Below are positions 29,211 to 39,845 of a stretch of DNA of 64,000 bases, piece after piece (position 1 is the first letter of the stretch; every line of letters begins with the position of its first letter). Made by a program: the position numbers and the translations under genes. The DNA is from Clostridiales bacterium. Lineage in GTDB: Bacteria; Bacillota; Clostridia; Christensenellales; CAG-138. The stretch is taken from assembly GCA_019416935.1 (NCBI GenBank), contig DXWI01000013.1, positions 2,351-66,350 on the forward strand. Reading direction: 5' to 3'. Below the pieces are notes generated by a model. It worked only from the letters and a program-made list of their open reading frames with translations. It was not told the DNA's origin and searched no databases.

Positions 29211-29221
29211 GAGGAAACGAA

Positions 29222-30073
29222 ATGGATTGGTTCATAGATATCCTTTTGGACGCGCTGATCGACTGTGCAAAGCTGGTGCCGTTTCTGCTGGCCACGCTCT
29301 TTTTAATGGAGTATTTGGAGCATCGCGCGGCAGACCGATTCCTGCACGCAGTACAGAGCGCCGGCCGGTTTGGTCCCCTGCTCGGCGCGGGACTCGGCTG
29401 TCTGCCGCAGTGCGGCTTTTCCGCCGCATGCGCACAGTTGTTCAACGGCGGGCTGGTTTCCGCCGGTACGCTGGTTGCGGTTTTTCTGTCCACATCGGAT
29501 GAAGCGGTGCCGATTCTGCTCGGCCATACGGATCAGCTTGGTACGGTCGGCCTACTGCTGCTCGCAAAGGTCTGCGTCGCATTGATCGCGGGATTTACCG
29601 TGGACGCGGTGTGGAGCCATGCCCGCCAGCACGCGGCGTATGCGGCCGTTGCCGGCGAGCATGAGTGCGAGTGTGAGCGCGGCGCGTCGGTCGGCCGCAT
29701 CCTGATCGAAGCCATCAAGCGCACGCTGTCCATCCTGCTGTTTCTGTTTCTGTTCTCATTGGCGCTCGGCCTGCTGATCGAGTGGATCGGGGAGGAACAG
29801 CTTGCCGCCTGCCTGCTGCCCGGCCCGTTCCAGCCGCTGCTTGCGGGATTGTTCGGCTTCATCCCGAACTGCGCCGCCTCGGTGCTGCTGACGCAGCTGT
29901 ATCTCGACGGCATGATCTCCTTCGGTTCCGCGGTGGCCGGGCTTTGCACGGCGTCCGGCGTAGGCCTGTTGGTGCTGCTTCGCGGCAAGCATCGGCTCAA
30001 GACCTACGCAATTCTGCTGGGGAGCATCTATGCCGCGGCCGTTCTGGCAGGGCTCCTGCTGCAATTATTGTAA
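29222..30073 (+). CDS. putative 10-TM heavy-metal exporter (ArsP_2/DUF2899-like)
   Basis: MDWFIDILLDALIDCAKLVPFLLATLFLMEYLEH...LGCLPQCGFSAACAQLF...LSTSDEAVPILL matches that family from memory. Confidence 0.7.
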   Translation: MDWFIDILLDALIDCAKLVPFLLATLFLMEYLEHRAADRFLHAVQSAGRFGPLLGAGLGCLPQCGFSAACAQLFNGGLVSAGTLVAVFLSTSDEAVPILLGHTDQLGTVGLLLLAKVCVALIAGFTVDAVWSHARQHAAYAAVAGEHECECERGASVGRILIEAIKRTLSILLFLFLFSLALGLLIEWIGEEQLAACLLPGPFQPLLAGLFGFIPNCAASVLLTQLYLDGMISFGSAVAGLCTASGVGLLVLLRGKHRLKTYAILLGSIYAAAVLAGLLLQLL

Positions 30074-30076
30074 ACC

Positions 30077-32281
30077 ATGCAGATTACGGGTACGATTCAA
30101 TCCATCATCTACCGCAGCGCCGACACCGGCTGGACGGTGCTGGAGATCGCGGGCGACGAATCCGAACGGGTTTCCGTTGTCGGCGTTCTTCCCCTGTGCA
30201 GCGTGGGCGAGCGGGTGGAGCTAACCGGAAATTTTACAACGCATCCGCGCTATGGTCGGCAGTTCAAAGCGCAGTCCTGCACCACGCTTGCGCCCGCAAC
30301 GCTGCAGGCGATCGAAAGCTACCTCGGCAGCGGCATCATCAAGGGCATCGGTGCATCGACCGCACGGGCCATCGTCACTCATTTTGGGATGGATACGCTC
30401 GACGTCATGGATCATACGCCGGAACGGCTGACGGAGATCGCCGGCATCGGCAAAAAACGCTGCGCGATGATCACGCTCTCCTATCAGGAAAACCGCACGA
30501 TGCGGGATATACTGCTCGCGCTGGAACCCTATGGCGTCACGGTCAATCAGGCATGGAAGCTGTACCGCATCTACGGCGCGTCCTGCCTTGCCCGCATTGA
30601 AGAAAACCCGTACCAGATCATCGCGGACGTTGACGGCATTGGTTTTATTACGGCCGACCGCATTGCGCAGAAGGTCAACGGTTTTTCGTTCGATTCCCCC
30701 GCCCGCCTGCGCGCGGGATTGTTCTATGCGCTGACGCAGGCGCGCAGCGAATTCGGCCACACCTATCTGCCGCGGCAATCGCTCATCAGCTATACGCAAA
30801 AGCTCCTCGGCGTGCCGGAGGAGCCGCTTGCGGACGCACTGGACGATCTGATCGGCGCGCGCGAGGTCGTCTACCAGATGGTGGACGATGTGGACGGCGT
30901 GTTTCTCCCGCGATTGCACCGCATGGAGAATGAAATTGCGCAAAAACTGCTCAAGCTCGCGCTGCCCCCGATTGAAAACCCGTTTTTAGAAGCGGCTGCC
31001 GCCTCTCCCTGGGGCGGTTTACAGCTTGCTCCGCAGCAAGCGGAGGCCGTTCGGTTGGCCATGACGCAGGGCGTACTCGTCATCACTGGCGGCCCCGGCA
31101 CGGGTAAGACTACCATCATCCGCTGCATTACGGAAATTCTGATGGACATGCAGATGGAGTTCGCGCTCTGTGCGCCAACCGGGCGCGCCGCCAAGCGCAT
31201 GACCGAGGCCACCGGCTGCGAGGCCAAGACGCTGCACCGGCTGCTCGAGTATGTGCCGGGCGAGGGGTTCCAGCGCCATGCCGACAACCCGCTCTTTTTC
31301 GATATGATTATTGTCGACGAGGTGTCGATGGTCGACGTTCCGCTGTTCCACGCGCTGCTATGCGCGATCCCGGAGGGCACGCGGCTGATCATGGTTGGTG
31401 ACAGCGACCAGCTTCCCTCCGTCGGTCCGGGGGATGTGCTACGCGACATCACCGCGAGCGACGCCGTGCGCGTCGTGCGCCTGACGGAAATTTTCCGGCA
31501 GGCACAGCAGAGCCGCATCGTCACCAATGCGCACCGGATCAACGCGGGCAGCATGCCGCTGCTCGAAAGCGTTCCGGACTGTGACTTCCGATTTGAGGAG
31601 ATGCCTTCGCAGGAGCAGGCGCTGCAACGCGTGCTCGAGCTGTGCGTTCGTCCGGATGCGAGCTTACAGACCGGTGAACCGCTGCTCGACATGCAGGTGC
31701 TTGTCCCGATGAAGAAGGGGCCGCTTGGCGTACACAACCTGAACGTACAGCTGCAGGCCGCGCTCAACCCGCCCGCGCCGGACAAGGCCGAGCACACCTT
31801 TGGAGAGATGACGCTGCGGGTCGGGGACAAGGTCATGCAGGTGCAGAACAACTATAAGGTCGAATGGACGCGCCGCGGTGTTGCCGGCACCACGGTAGAG
31901 GGACAGGGTGCGTTCAACGGCGATCTTGGTACGGTCTATCGCATCGACAACACCTCCCGCCGGCTATCCATCCTGTTTGACGACGACCGGCTTGCACACT
32001 ACGATTTTACGCAGTCGGACGAGCTTGACCTGGCCTACTGCATCTCGATCCACAAGAGCCAGGGCAGTGAGTTTCCCATTGTCATTCTGCCGCTGTGCGG
32101 CGGGCCGCCGGTGCTGCTGACGCGCAACCTGCTGTATACGGCGGTGACGCGCGCGCGCAGGCAGGTGGTCTGTATCGGGCGGCGCGATACGATTGCCGCA
32201 ATGGTGGAGAACAACCGTGCCCAGCGCCGCTACACTGCGCTGAGCGTACGCCTCCGCGAATGGCAGGCGCTTTTGTCATGA
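30077..32281 (+). CDS. recD2: RecD2-type SF1B ATP-dependent DNA helicase
   Basis: Walker A GGPGTGKTT; IVDEVSMV; VGDSDQLPSVGPG; C-terminal SH3/2B regions. Confidence 0.9.
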   Translation: MQITGTIQSIIYRSADTGWTVLEIAGDESERVSVVGVLPLCSVGERVELTGNFTTHPRYGRQFKAQSCTTLAPATLQAIESYLGSGIIKGIGASTARAIVTHFGMDTLDVMDHTPERLTEIAGIGKKRCAMITLSYQENRTMRDILLALEPYGVTVNQAWKLYRIYGASCLARIEENPYQIIADVDGIGFITADRIAQKVNGFSFDSPARLRAGLFYALTQARSEFGHTYLPRQSLISYTQKLLGVPEEPLADALDDLIGAREVVYQMVDDVDGVFLPRLHRMENEIAQKLLKLALPPIENPFLEAAAASPWGGLQLAPQQAEAVRLAMTQGVLVITGGPGTGKTTIIRCITEILMDMQMEFALCAPTGRAAKRMTEATGCEAKTLHRLLEYVPGEGFQRHADNPLFFDMIIVDEVSMVDVPLFHALLCAIPEGTRLIMVGDSDQLPSVGPGDVLRDITASDAVRVVRLTEIFRQAQQSRIVTNAHRINAGSMPLLESVPDCDFRFEEMPSQEQALQRVLELCVRPDASLQTGEPLLDMQVLVPMKKGPLGVHNLNVQLQAALNPPAPDKAEHTFGEMTLRVGDKVMQVQNNYKVEWTRRGVAGTTVEGQGAFNGDLGTVYRIDNTSRRLSILFDDDRLAHYDFTQSDELDLAYCISIHKSQGSEFPIVILPLCGGPPVLLTRNLLYTAVTRARRQVVCIGRRDTIAAMVENNRAQRRYTALSVRLREWQALLS

Positions 32282-32931
32282 GCGGCCGTGTGAAGCGGGC
32301 GCTTCTGGATGCGCTGTATCCGAACGGCTGCGTTTGCCCATTATGTATGGCGGAGACGCGTCTCGGCAGCGACGGGCTTTGCGGCAGTTGCCGCGCGGCG
32401 CTTCGTTACTGTGCCGCTCCGGTCTATGCGGAGCCGCTCGACGGGCTGACGGCCGCCTTCCTATACGCCGATCCCATGCGGTCGGCGGTTCTGCGGCTCA
32501 AGTACGGCAAGGCCACCTATCTTGCGGACTTCTTTGCCGCGCATATCTCCATCCCCGATCACTGGAAGATCGACTGCATGATTCCCGTACCGCTCCATTG
32601 GTTCCGCGCTTTCCGGCGCGGCTATAACCAGAGCGAAATGATCGCACAGGCGCTTTCGGAGCGCTATATAGGGCTGCCCGTTCGTGCCGACCTGCTGCGG
32701 CGCATCCGCGCTACGCCATCGCAGACGAATCTGGACGCTGCGGCACGCAGGAAAAATGTGCGCGGCGCTTTTGCTGCCGATCCGTCGGTCAAGGGCCTGT
32801 CCGTTCTGCTTATCGACGATGTGGTGACTACGCACGCCACGCTGACCGCCTGCGCAGCACAGCTCAAGAAAGCGGGCGCCGTCCGGGTCTACGCAGCCTG
32901 TGCCTGTGCTGCCGGTGAGCCGCGCACCTAA
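32278..32931 (+). CDS. comFC: ComF family protein (phosphoribosyltransferase domain)
   Basis: N-terminal Cys4 (CPLC...CGSC) and PRT motif VLLIDDVVTTHATL. ATGA overlap with recD2. Confidence 0.8.
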   Translation: MSGRVKRALLDALYPNGCVCPLCMAETRLGSDGLCGSCRAALRYCAAPVYAEPLDGLTAAFLYADPMRSAVLRLKYGKATYLADFFAAHISIPDHWKIDCMIPVPLHWFRAFRRGYNQSEMIAQALSERYIGLPVRADLLRRIRATPSQTNLDAAARRKNVRGAFAADPSVKGLSVLLIDDVVTTHATLTACAAQLKKAGAVRVYAACACAAGEPRT

Positions 32932-33032
32932 AGGGGCGTTGACGCCAGAACGCAGCGATTCCCAGCGGCGGCCATACCGCATGCACTTGCAAAAACGTCC
33001 CGCCATGGCGCATCGTGCGTTGCTTTCCTTGG

Positions 33033-33293
33033 TCAACACTCCTCATCGTGGCACTTGTATTTTCGATAGGTCGCCTGTCCGCCGCGGATATGCCGCTCCG
33101 CTTTGTTGACGTCCAGCACGCGGCGCACCTGCGCTGCCATGCCGGGGTTGAGCAGAAGCAGCCGCTCGGAGACGTCCTTGTGGACGGTTGACTTGCTGAT
33201 CTTGAATACGCGCGCTGTGTCGCGGACGGTCGCGCCGTTTTCAATAATATATGCTGCCGATTGAAAGATGCGCTCCTCGATATAATCGTGCAA
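33033..33293 (-). CDS. spoIIID: sporulation transcriptional regulator SpoIIID
   Basis: (TTG)HDYIEERIFQSAAYIIENGATVRDTARVFKISKSTVHKDVSERL...HIRGGQAT closely matches B. subtilis SpoIIID. RBS GGGGGGA. Confidence 0.9.
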   Translation of the reverse strand: MHDYIEERIFQSAAYIIENGATVRDTARVFKISKSTVHKDVSERLLLLNPGMAAQVRRVLDVNKAERHIRGGQATYRKYKCHDEEC

Positions 33294-33378
33294 TGCATTG
33301 TCCCCCCATCGAACCTTTGCTAAAACGTATGAGGAGAACGGCCGCGATAGTACAAAATAGGGAAAAGGAGGTGCGCTT

Positions 33379-33906
33379 ATGCACCAGATCTATATCGAAC
33401 GAACGCTTTCCGGCGCCATATTGGACATTGGCGGCGGCGGCGAGGGGATCATCGGCCGGGTCTATGGCCGCCAGGTTACCGCGATCGACCGTCTTGCCGA
33501 AGAGCTGGCCGAAGCGCCGGACGGCCCGATCAAGCTCGTGATGGATGCGCGCTCCCTCGCTTTTTGCGACGGCTGCTTTGACCATGCCACCGCGTTCTTT
33601 TCCTTTCTATTTATGTCCGGAGACGACCACGGCGCGGTCGCGCGCGAGGTGTTTCGCGTTTTGCGGCCGGGCGGCCGCTTCCTGATTTGGGACGCTGCCT
33701 TTCACGAGGCAAACCCGTTCCTGATCGACCTTGCCATTCATGCGGCAGGGCAGACCGTCCGCACCACCTATGGCGTTGTACGGGACGACCGGCAGAGCAT
33801 AGAGCAGCTCGCCGCTGCCGTCCGGCAGGCCGGCTTTTTGCTTGAGCATACGAGCATCGACGAACCGGCTTTCTTTATGGAGTGGAAAAAACCGGAACGG
33901 CATTGA
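33379..33906 (+). CDS. class I SAM-dependent methyltransferase
   Basis: Motif I ILDIGGGGEG and post-I/II motifs ...VLRPGGRFLIWD. RBS AAGGAGG. Confidence 0.8.
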   Translation: MHQIYIERTLSGAILDIGGGGEGIIGRVYGRQVTAIDRLAEELAEAPDGPIKLVMDARSLAFCDGCFDHATAFFSFLFMSGDDHGAVAREVFRVLRPGGRFLIWDAAFHEANPFLIDLAIHAAGQTVRTTYGVVRDDRQSIEQLAAAVRQAGFLLEHTSIDEPAFFMEWKKPERH

Positions 33907-34003
33907 CAAACGGCTCCGAATACGGTTTCTGCGCATCGTTCATGCGCCCTGCATCCCGTCCTCTAAAAAATCTTTTCCTGCAAATGGCACCGCATTCCCG
34001 TTT

Positions 34004-34038
34004 GCCTGCGTTTTCAAAAAAGCGCAGGCTTTCCTTTT
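34004..34038 (+). terminator. rho-independent terminator
   Basis: GCCTGCG/CGCAGGC stem followed by TTTCCTTTT. Confidence 0.55.
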
Positions 34039-34129
34039 CGCCTGAAACGGCGCATAAATACATCGTGTTGGCAAAAACTACTGGGGAAACCAAATCCAAT
34101 TGGAAAATGCAAACGTTGGCACGGGAGGA

Positions 34130-34684
34130 ATGGCATTGAAAGCAACCGGAATTGTAAGGCGCATTGATGAACTCGGGCGGGTCGTGATCCCCAAGGAGAT
34201 ACGCCGCACACTGCGCATCCATGAGGGAAGCCCATTGGAAATCTTTACAGACCATGAGGGCGGCATCATTCTCAAAAAATATTCGCCGGTCGGGGAGCTG
34301 GCTGCCTTCGCCGCAGAGTTTGTCAGTACGCTGCATCAGATGTTTGGACACAGCGCATTGATCTGTGACAAGGACATGGTCGTAGCCTGTGCCGGAAGCT
34401 GCAAAAAGGAGCTGTCCGACCAGCCCATTTCCGTTGACGTGGAGCAGGCAATCCTTGCGCGCATGCTGGTGCTGCAGGACACGGAAAACGGAACGATCCG
34501 GCGTCTCACGGAGAAGTGCGACCAGACGCCTGCCGCGCTGCTGCTCGTACCCATCATTGCCCAGAGCGATGCGATCGGCGCGATCATTCTGTTCTCGTTC
34601 GAACCGCAGGCCGTCATCGGCGAGCCGGAGAGCAAGACCTGCCAGACCATCGCCGCGTTTCTGGCGCGGCAAATGGAGGCATAG
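34130..34684 (+). CDS. spoVT: stage V sporulation protein T (AbrB-type regulator)
   Basis: (MA)LKATGIVRRIDELGRVVIPKEIRRTLRIHEGSPLEIF plus a GAF-like C-terminus. The TTG at 34136 gives the canonical MKATGIV N-terminus with GGGAGGA 6 nt upstream, so the true start may be 34136. Confidence 0.88.
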   Translation: MALKATGIVRRIDELGRVVIPKEIRRTLRIHEGSPLEIFTDHEGGIILKKYSPVGELAAFAAEFVSTLHQMFGHSALICDKDMVVACAGSCKKELSDQPISVDVEQAILARMLVLQDTENGTIRRLTEKCDQTPAALLLVPIIAQSDAIGAIILFSFEPQAVIGEPESKTCQTIAAFLARQMEA

Positions 34685-34841
34685 CGGCGGCCGCTCCGCC
34701 GGGCAAAGCGCACGGTGGGTTTGAACGGTTGCCGCACCCATAGCGCATGCCATGAGCTGTTTTTGCAGAGAGCAGAAAAGCAGCGGGAGCACTTACATTC
34801 CCGCTGCTTTGTTCGTTTTACGGTCGCCGCGTGCCGCCCGT

Positions 34842-36383
34842 CTATGCGCTCACGCCGGCCTGCCGGATCGCCGCAAGCGGCGTGCCGCCCATCATGAGTC
34901 CCATTTCCTCAATGGTTGTCTCGGACGGCGTGACAATGCCCATGATCTGCCCTTCATACATGACCGCAATCCGATCGGAGAGCTTGAGCACCTCCTCCAG
35001 CTCGGTCGAAACCAGCAGAACGCCGATGCCGTTGTCCCGCTGCTCTATGATCTTTTTATGGATATACTCGATCGCGCCGACGTCCAGCCCGCGCGTCGGA
35101 TGCATCGCGATGAGCAGTTCCGGCTGCCGGCTGATTTCACGCGCAACGATGACCTTTTGCTGGTTTCCTCCGGAGAGGTTCTGCGCCAGTTCAAAACGGC
35201 CAGGCGTCTTGACGCCAAAATCATCGATCAGCTTTTCGCTGTACGAATCAACGCGCTTCCAGTCCACCATACCGAACGTTCCGAACTCGCGCTTGTAATA
35301 ATCCTGCAAAATGAAGTTTTCGCGCAGCGGCATCGGCATAATCAGGCCGGTCTTTTGCCGATCCTGCGGGATATGCGATACGCCGTGCTTCATGATGTCT
35401 CTGGTGCTGCAATGCAGCAAATCCATCTGCCCGTAAACGGCCTTTCCGCTATTGGCGTGCCGCATGCCCGTCAGACACTCCACCAGCTCGGATTGTCCGT
35501 TGCCATCGACGCCAGCAATGCCAAGGATTTCGCCCGCATGTACGGTCAGGTTCACGTCGTCAAGCACGTTTACCTCCGAATCCTTGCGCCGAAGCGTCAG
35601 ACCCTCGACCGCAAGGATCGGCTCGCCCGCCTGTTGCTGCTTCCGATCCACGCTGAAGTTGACCTCGCGACCAACCATCAAGCGCGCAAGATCGTTGACG
35701 GAGCAATCCTCGATGTTATAGGTGCCGCAGGTGCGCCCCATGCGCAGCACCGTCACGCGGTTGCTGATCTCCTTGACCTCGTTGAGCTTATGGCTGATGA
35801 ACAGTACCGTGAAACCGCTGTCGGTCAGGCTGTGTACCATGTTGAACAGTTCTTCCGTCTCCTGCGGCGTGAGCACGGCCGTCGGTTCATCGAGGATCAG
35901 AATGCGCGCGCCGCGGGAGAGCGCCTTGACGATCTCCACGCGCTGCCGCTGGCCAACCGACAAATCACCCACCTTGGCAAACGGATCGAGATTCAGATTG
36001 TACTTCGTAGCGATTTGCTTGATCCGTTCCGCGGCCGTTTTCAAATCGAGCCGCAGGCCGCCCGCATCATGCGCGCCGATGAGACAATTTTCCACCACGC
36101 TCATCGTCGGTACCAGCATGAAATGCTGGTGCACCATGCCGATACCCATTGCCATGGCGTCTTTAGCGGAAGCAAACGATACCGGCTTGCCCTCGATCAA
36201 GATCTCTCCGGCGGTCGGTTTGTACAGACCGCAAAGCACGTTCATGAGCGTACTCTTGCCCGCGCCGTTTTCACCGAGGAGCGTATGCACCTCGCCCTGC
36301 TCCACGGTCAGGCAAACATCCGCATTGGCCAGAACGCCCGGGAACTGCTTGTAGATATGCCGCATTTCCAAAATCGTTGCCAT
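34842..36383 (-). CDS. ABC transporter ATP-binding protein, duplicated ATPase (BMP/nucleoside-type importer)
   Basis: Trimmed to MATILEMRHIYKQF. Two NBDs: GENGAGKST, LSVGQRQRV, LSGGNQQKV. Confidence 0.9.
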   Translation of the reverse strand: MATILEMRHIYKQFPGVLANADVCLTVEQGEVHTLLGENGAGKSTLMNVLCGLYKPTAGEILIEGKPVSFASAKDAMAMGIGMVHQHFMLVPTMSVVENCLIGAHDAGGLRLDLKTAAERIKQIATKYNLNLDPFAKVGDLSVGQRQRVEIVKALSRGARILILDEPTAVLTPQETEELFNMVHSLTDSGFTVLFISHKLNEVKEISNRVTVLRMGRTCGTYNIEDCSVNDLARLMVGREVNFSVDRKQQQAGEPILAVEGLTLRRKDSEVNVLDDVNLTVHAGEILGIAGVDGNGQSELVECLTGMRHANSGKAVYGQMDLLHCSTRDIMKHGVSHIPQDRQKTGLIMPMPLRENFILQDYYKREFGTFGMVDWKRVDSYSEKLIDDFGVKTPGRFELAQNLSGGNQQKVIVAREISRQPELLIAMHPTRGLDVGAIEYIHKKIIEQRDNGIGVLLVSTELEEVLKLSDRIAVMYEGQIMGIVTPSETTIEEMGLMMGGTPLAAIRQAGVSA

Positions 36384-36393
36384 ATGCCGCACC

Positions 36394-37320
36394 TCACCCT
36401 CTCTTGTACGGCTTTCCAAGCGCGGCCGGCGCCACAGCGCTGCGCGCGAACATGGCCAGCGCGATCACGGTAAGCACGTACGGAATCATCGTTAGGAAAT
36501 TATACGGGATGTTGGACCCGGTCACCATCAGGATATTGGCCAACACGTTGCCGCCCATGAAGATCATGGCGGCGGCCATAATGCCGGTCGGCTTGTAACG
36601 GCCGAAGATCACGGCTGCCAGAGCGATATATCCGCGGCCGGACACCATCTCCTCGGAGAACGAGTTCAGCAGGCCGGTCGATAAAAATGCGCCGCCCATG
36701 GCGATGATGGCGCTACCGACGATTGCAGCAAGATACTGCGTCCTTGCAACATTGATGCCGAGCGTGTCGGACACCTTCGGGTTTTCGCCAACGGAGCGCA
36801 GGTTGAGGCCGGACTGCGTTCGGAACAGGTAGTACGAGATGATGGGCACGAGCAGAAACGCAATGTATACGATGGGCTTCTGCTGGAAGAACGCCTCGCC
36901 GATGATCGGAATGTCCTTGAGCAACGGAATGGCGAGCACGTCGAACGTATCGATGGACGCGTTGTTCGTCGCAACGCCGAATATGATGCGGTACAGCGTT
37001 GCCGAAAGTCCGGAGCCGAGCACGTTGATCGCCGCGCCGACAACCGTCTGGTTCGCGCGCAGCGTAACGGTCAACAGCGCAAACAGCGCACCGATCAATG
37101 CGCCAGAAACGATTGCGCACAACAGGCCGAGCCACACGTTGCCCAGATAAAAGGAGCCAACGACCGCTACGAGCGTCGCAATCAGCATCGTGCCCTCTGC
37201 GCCGATGTTGAGCAGGCCCGCGCGGTTGATGAGCAGCAGGCCAAGTCCCGCCAGTAAAATCGGAGTTGCCATGCGGATATCGGAAGCCAGATAGCTGCCG
37301 ATCATTTGTACCAAGTCCAT
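36394..37320 (-). CDS. ABC transporter permease (BMP-type importer)
   Basis: Trimmed to MDLVQMIGSYLASDIRMATPILLAGLG. Branched-chain/ribose-type permease fold. Confidence 0.88.
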   Translation of the reverse strand: MDLVQMIGSYLASDIRMATPILLAGLGLLLINRAGLLNIGAEGTMLIATLVAVVGSFYLGNVWLGLLCAIVSGALIGALFALLTVTLRANQTVVGAAINVLGSGLSATLYRIIFGVATNNASIDTFDVLAIPLLKDIPIIGEAFFQQKPIVYIAFLLVPIISYYLFRTQSGLNLRSVGENPKVSDTLGINVARTQYLAAIVGSAIIAMGGAFLSTGLLNSFSEEMVSGRGYIALAAVIFGRYKPTGIMAAAMIFMGGNVLANILMVTGSNIPYNFLTMIPYVLTVIALAMFARSAVAPAALGKPYKRG

Positions 37321-37322
37321 CT

Positions 37323-38438
37323 TCAGCACTCCTTTCCCTCTGCCGTTACGTTCTTCTGTTCCATCGCTGCTTTCTTGAGCCGGTGCTCGTTCCAAATCTC
37401 CAGCAGCATCTGGCTGGCGACCACGGCAATGATCACCAGCGCCTGCATGACCGCGACGATGGAGTTCGGCACCTTCGCCCGCATCTGCATGCGCGTGCCG
37501 CCGGCCCGGAATGCGCCGAACAGCAGCGCGCCGAACACGATACCGAGCGGCGAGTTCATGCCGATCAGCGCGACGGCGATACCGTCAAACCCGTAGCCGG
37601 GCGAGAACAGCGGGAACAAGCGTCCCTGTACGCCCATGATCTCGCTGGCGCCCGCAAGGCCCGCCAAACCGCCGGCGAGGAACGTAACGAGCAGGATGTT
37701 GCGGTCGGTATTGATGCCCGAATAGAGCGCCGCCTGACTGTTCAGGCCGGAAACGCGCACCTCATAGCCCTTCTTGCTGCGCCACAAAAACGCCCAGAAC
37801 AGGAAAACAAACAACAGCCCGACCACGAACCCCCAGTGTGCTCTGGTGCCCGGCATGATGGGGCCGAACGTCGCCGTGGCAAGCAGCGGGCTGGTTTGGC
37901 AGTTGATTCCGGGCGGCTCGATCATCGGGCCGTTGACCATAAACTCAATGAAATTGATGGCAATGGTATTGAGCATCACGGTGGTGATGATCTCCGACGC
38001 ACCGAAGCGTACCTTCAGCCATCCGGCGAGCAGGCACCACAGACCGCCGCCGATAAAACCCGCCGCAATGCACAGCGGTATATGCAGCACGGTGGGTAGA
38101 TTTTCCAAGTAAATGCCGACGGCTGCCGCAAACAGCGCGCCCATATACATCTGTCCCTCCATGCCAAGGTTCGTCAGACCGCAGCGGTTTGCCAGCGCAT
38201 AGCTCATGCCGGTGAACAGCAGCGGCGTCATTTTGACGAGTGTCTCGGCAAAATCGTTTGTGCTGCCGAACGCGCCCTCAAGCAGCGCCGCAAACGCCTT
38301 GAGCGGATTGATGTCCATGAGCGCAATCAGCACCATGCCAAGGACCAATGCGATGACAATCGCGGAACCGGAAACGATCAGCTGCTGAAGAAAGCGCTCC
38401 AGCATCGCCTTCGTCTTTACGGAATCGATTTTCTTCAT
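37323..38438 (-). CDS. ABC transporter permease (BMP-type importer)
   Basis: 371-aa polytopic paralogue of the following permease. Confidence 0.88.
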   Translation of the reverse strand: MKKIDSVKTKAMLERFLQQLIVSGSAIVIALVLGMVLIALMDINPLKAFAALLEGAFGSTNDFAETLVKMTPLLFTGMSYALANRCGLTNLGMEGQMYMGALFAAAVGIYLENLPTVLHIPLCIAAGFIGGGLWCLLAGWLKVRFGASEIITTVMLNTIAINFIEFMVNGPMIEPPGINCQTSPLLATATFGPIMPGTRAHWGFVVGLLFVFLFWAFLWRSKKGYEVRVSGLNSQAALYSGINTDRNILLVTFLAGGLAGLAGASEIMGVQGRLFPLFSPGYGFDGIAVALIGMNSPLGIVFGALLFGAFRAGGTRMQMRAKVPNSIVAVMQALVIIAVVASQMLLEIWNEHRLKKAAMEQKNVTAEGKEC

Positions 38439-38543
38439 GCCTACTATTACCTGCTTTCCATTCCTGTGTCCATCCCAAACAACGGGGCGCCGGTTTTCTC
38501 ACACGGCGCCCCACATCCAGTTCAAATGCGGAACGCAGGGGAA

Positions 38544-39548
38544 TCAATAATCGCCGAGCTTTCCTGCATACAGATCGTCAATGAACGTTTCGATGGCTTC
38601 CACTTTCTCTTTGGGAAGCTTCTCGTCCCAGCCATGCCAATCGGACACCAGCGTGCCGTTGTCTCCGAGGTCGTAGATGACCATGCCGTTCTTCCAAGTG
38701 CCGTTGAGAATGGATTCAAATACATCCACATAGATGGACGGATAGTTGCGCATGACGGACAGCACAATGGCGCCCGGCGCGAGCGAATACTGGTCGCCGT
38801 TGAAGCCAAGCGCATACACGCCCTTCTCCTCCGCTGCGAGCAGGCAGCCGATCTGCGCGCTGTTGGCGGATGCGGAGATCACATCGTATCCCTGACTGAT
38901 GTAGGAGAGCGCGATCTCCTTGCCCTTGTCCTGATCGGTCAGCGTGCCGAGATAGTCTGTGGTGGCCAGCGCGTCGGGATTGGTCAGGTGTACGCCCTCC
39001 TCAATGCCGGAAACGATGTCCGTAATCGCTGGAATATCCTGACCGCCGAGGAACACGACCTTGTCCGTTTCCGTCAGGATTCCCATGATGCCGCCGATGA
39101 CGATGCCCATATTGACCGGACCGACATAGGCGAGGTTCGGGATATCCGGGATGTTGATGTTCGCAGCGTCCTCGACCTTGAAGCCGTAGGAGAGGCAGAA
39201 CATCGTGTTCGGATACTGTTCCGCCAGCTCGGTCACATTGGATTCAAACTGCGAGCCGTGAACGATGACCATGTCATACTCATCGTCACCATACATGCGG
39301 ATATAGCCACTCATGTCGGAGACGGCGATATTCTCAATGTACTCGAGTTCCGTACCGTATTTTTCCGAGATGGCCTTGACGGATTCGTAGCAGATTTGGT
39401 TCCAGCCGTTATCCGTGATGACGCCGGAGAGCAAAGCGACAACCTTCATGTCCTTCTCCCCGCCCGTCTGGTCGTCCGGGGCTGAGGCGCAGCCGGTCAT
39501 GGCAAAAACCAGAACCGCTGCCAGCAACAGAGCAAAAACCTTCTTCAT
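38544..39548 (-). CDS. BMP family (PnrA/Med-like) substrate-binding lipoprotein
   Basis: Trimmed to MKKVFALLLAAVLVFAMTGCAS after the RBS AAGGAGGAAG. LLSGVITDNGWNQ is typical of the Bmp family. Confidence 0.9.
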   Translation of the reverse strand: MKKVFALLLAAVLVFAMTGCASAPDDQTGGEKDMKVVALLSGVITDNGWNQICYESVKAISEKYGTELEYIENIAVSDMSGYIRMYGDDEYDMVIVHGSQFESNVTELAEQYPNTMFCLSYGFKVEDAANINIPDIPNLAYVGPVNMGIVIGGIMGILTETDKVVFLGGQDIPAITDIVSGIEEGVHLTNPDALATTDYLGTLTDQDKGKEIALSYISQGYDVISASANSAQIGCLLAAEEKGVYALGFNGDQYSLAPGAIVLSVMRNYPSIYVDVFESILNGTWKNGMVIYDLGDNGTLVSDWHGWDEKLPKEKVEAIETFIDDLYAGKLGDY

Positions 39549-39845
39549 GTGTTTACTTCCTCCTTTTGCTTTTCTGCAAACAAACAGATTGATCCGTTTG
39601 CTATCCAACGTCCTCAGACGGTAGGATTTGTAAAGAGCCGCCACCGGAAGCCGCGCATGTGTCCGTTTCTATCCCAGATAAAACCGAGTGCTTTTTCTGA
39701 AAGCCGCCCTGCGGCGCTTTCCCGTTCCGTTTTGTCGTTTCAATGGGTTTGTTTCTTTGAGATCCTGTTTGTAACGTGATTGTATCTATTAATATAACAT
39801 GGGCATTGCGGAATGGCAAGTGCAATTTATGCTGTGCATATGAAT

